64,000 bases of DNA from contig CACGBT010000003.1 of the NCBI GenBank assembly GCA_902571335.1, forward strand, positions 18,102 to 82,101. The letters run 5' to 3'. Below the pieces are notes generated by a model that made no database searches, was not told the origin of the DNA, and was given only the letters and a program-made list of their open reading frames with translations. The translations under genes were made by a program, and so were the position numbers. The stretch's first letter is position 1, and the number at the start of each line of letters is the position of its first letter. Positions 62,855 through 64,000 of the stretch are shown here, one piece after another. This stretch comes from an uncultured Prochlorococcus sp. (lineage in GTDB: Bacteria; Cyanobacteriota; Cyanobacteriia; PCC-6307; Cyanobiaceae).

Positions 62855-64000
62855 ATGCCAATAAGACAAGACGATAATCAACCTAATAGAAGATTCGGAA
62901 TTGTAAATATCATTTTGATAGGAGTTGGAGCATTACTTCTATTTAGCAGCCTTTTCCCCAATCAAAATATGCAAATACCCAGAGTTCCTTATTCTTTATT
63001 TATAGATCAGGTTAATGATGGTGAAGTTAAGCGTGCATATATCACTCAAGAACAGATTAGATATGAGTTGAATGGAGCTGAAGAAGGCGCTCCTTCCGTT
63101 TTGGCAACAACCCCAATCTTTGATATGGACCTTCCACAAAGGTTAGAAAGTAAAGGGGTGGAATTCGCTGCCGCACCTCCTAAAAAACCTAATTTTTTCT
63201 CAACCATATTGAGTTGGGTTGTTCCTCCTTTGATTTTTATCCTTGTTTTGCAATTTTTTGCTAGAAGAAGTATGGGTGGAGGAGGTGCTCAGGGGGCTCT
63301 GAGTTTTACTAAAAGTAAAGCAAAAGTTTATGTCCCCGATGATGAATCAAAAGTGACATTTGCTGATGTGGCTGGCGTTGATGAAGCTAAGGATGAATTA
63401 ACGGAAATAGTTGATTTTCTAAAAAAACCTGAGAGATACACAGACATCGGTGCGCGAATACCGAAAGGGGTACTTCTTGTGGGACCACCAGGGACAGGTA
63501 AAACTCTTCTTTCGAAAGCCGTTGCGGGAGAAGCAGAAGTTCCTTTCTTTATAATTTCAGGTTCTGAATTTGTTGAGCTTTTTGTTGGTGCAGGTGCTGC
63601 AAGAGTAAGAGATTTATTCGAACAAGCAAAGAAAAAAGCTCCATGTATTATTTTTATTGATGAATTGGATGCTATTGGTAAAAGTCGCTCTGGATCTATG
63701 GGGGTCGTTGGCGGTAATGATGAAAGAGAACAAACACTAAATCAACTTCTTACTGAAATGGATGGCTTTGCCTCTGCAGATAAGCCAGTTATAGTACTTG
63801 CTGCTACTAACCAGCCGGAAGTCCTAGATGCCGCTTTATTAAGGCCTGGAAGATTTGATAGGCAAGTATTAGTTGATAGACCAGATTTGTCTGGTAGAAA
63901 AACTATATTGGAGATATATACCAAAAAGGTTAAACTAGCTGATTCAATTGACTTGGACTCTATTGCCCAAGCTACTAGCGGGTTTGCTGGAGCCGATTTA
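62855..64000 (+). CDS. ftsH: ATP-dependent zinc metalloprotease FtsH (FtsH4-like); runs off the window end
   Basis: Manually translated [15 protein letters not shown]..., two TM helices, [39 protein letters not shown]. Confidence 0.95.
   Translation, partial: MPIRQDDNQPNRRFGIVNIILIGVGALLLFSSLFPNQNMQIPRVPYSLFIDQVNDGEVKRAYITQEQIRYELNGAEEGAPSVLATTPIFDMDLPQRLESKGVEFAAAPPKKPNFFSTILSWVVPPLIFILVLQFFARRSMGGGGAQGALSFTKSKAKVYVPDDESKVTFADVAGVDEAKDELTEIVDFLKKPERYTDIGARIPKGVLLVGPPGTGKTLLSKAVAGEAEVPFFIISGSEFVELFVGAGAARVRDLFEQAKKKAPCIIFIDELDAIGKSRSGSMGVVGGNDEREQTLNQLLTEMDGFASADKPVIVLAATNQPEVLDAALLRPGRFDRQVLVDRPDLSGRKTILEIYTKKVKLADSIDLDSIAQATSGFAGADL

Noticed and set aside
1391-63924. Numerous 60-115 aa ORFs antisense or nested within core genes (e.g. 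5011, 7553, 8902, 16002, 19593, 24910, 33172, 34570, 47828, 53836, 61396, 63742)
   Set aside because: They overlap well-supported genes almost entirely and show the Ser/Ile/Phe/Pro-rich composition of reverse-frame shadows.

Overview
AT-rich (roughly 30% GC by eye), very gene-dense core-genome segment of a marine picocyanobacterium, most consistent with high-light-adapted Prochlorococcus. The assignment is inferred from the hli gene, NiSOD cluster, ftn2/ARC6, clpP3/clpR, trmD-ispF fusion and low GC. The window carries about 60 housekeeping CDSs for translation, cell division and cell wall, cofactor synthesis and proteolysis, plus three tRNAs (Gly-TCC, His-GTG, Leu-CAA) and the SRP RNA. I see no integrase, transposase, prophage, CRISPR array or defence island, and no clear new multi-gene system. 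The most interesting signals are small-scale: (1) a G10 run that shifts thiS past its normal C-terminal diglycine stop; (2) sodX and a TrmH-family gene whose conserved N-termini lie upstream of any ATG/GTG/TTG start; (3) argD starting 5 nt after tRNA-Leu, with the tRNA open in the argD frame; (4) two translationally coupled ~35-aa membrane micro-ORFs absent from the ORF track; (5) a TrmD-IspF fusion; (6) a stand-alone GIY-YIG protein with a clamp-binding-like motif; (7) a CCGTAC/GTACGG element upstream of both yccA/BI-1 and ftsH. All functional calls come from motif and family recognition, not database searches.
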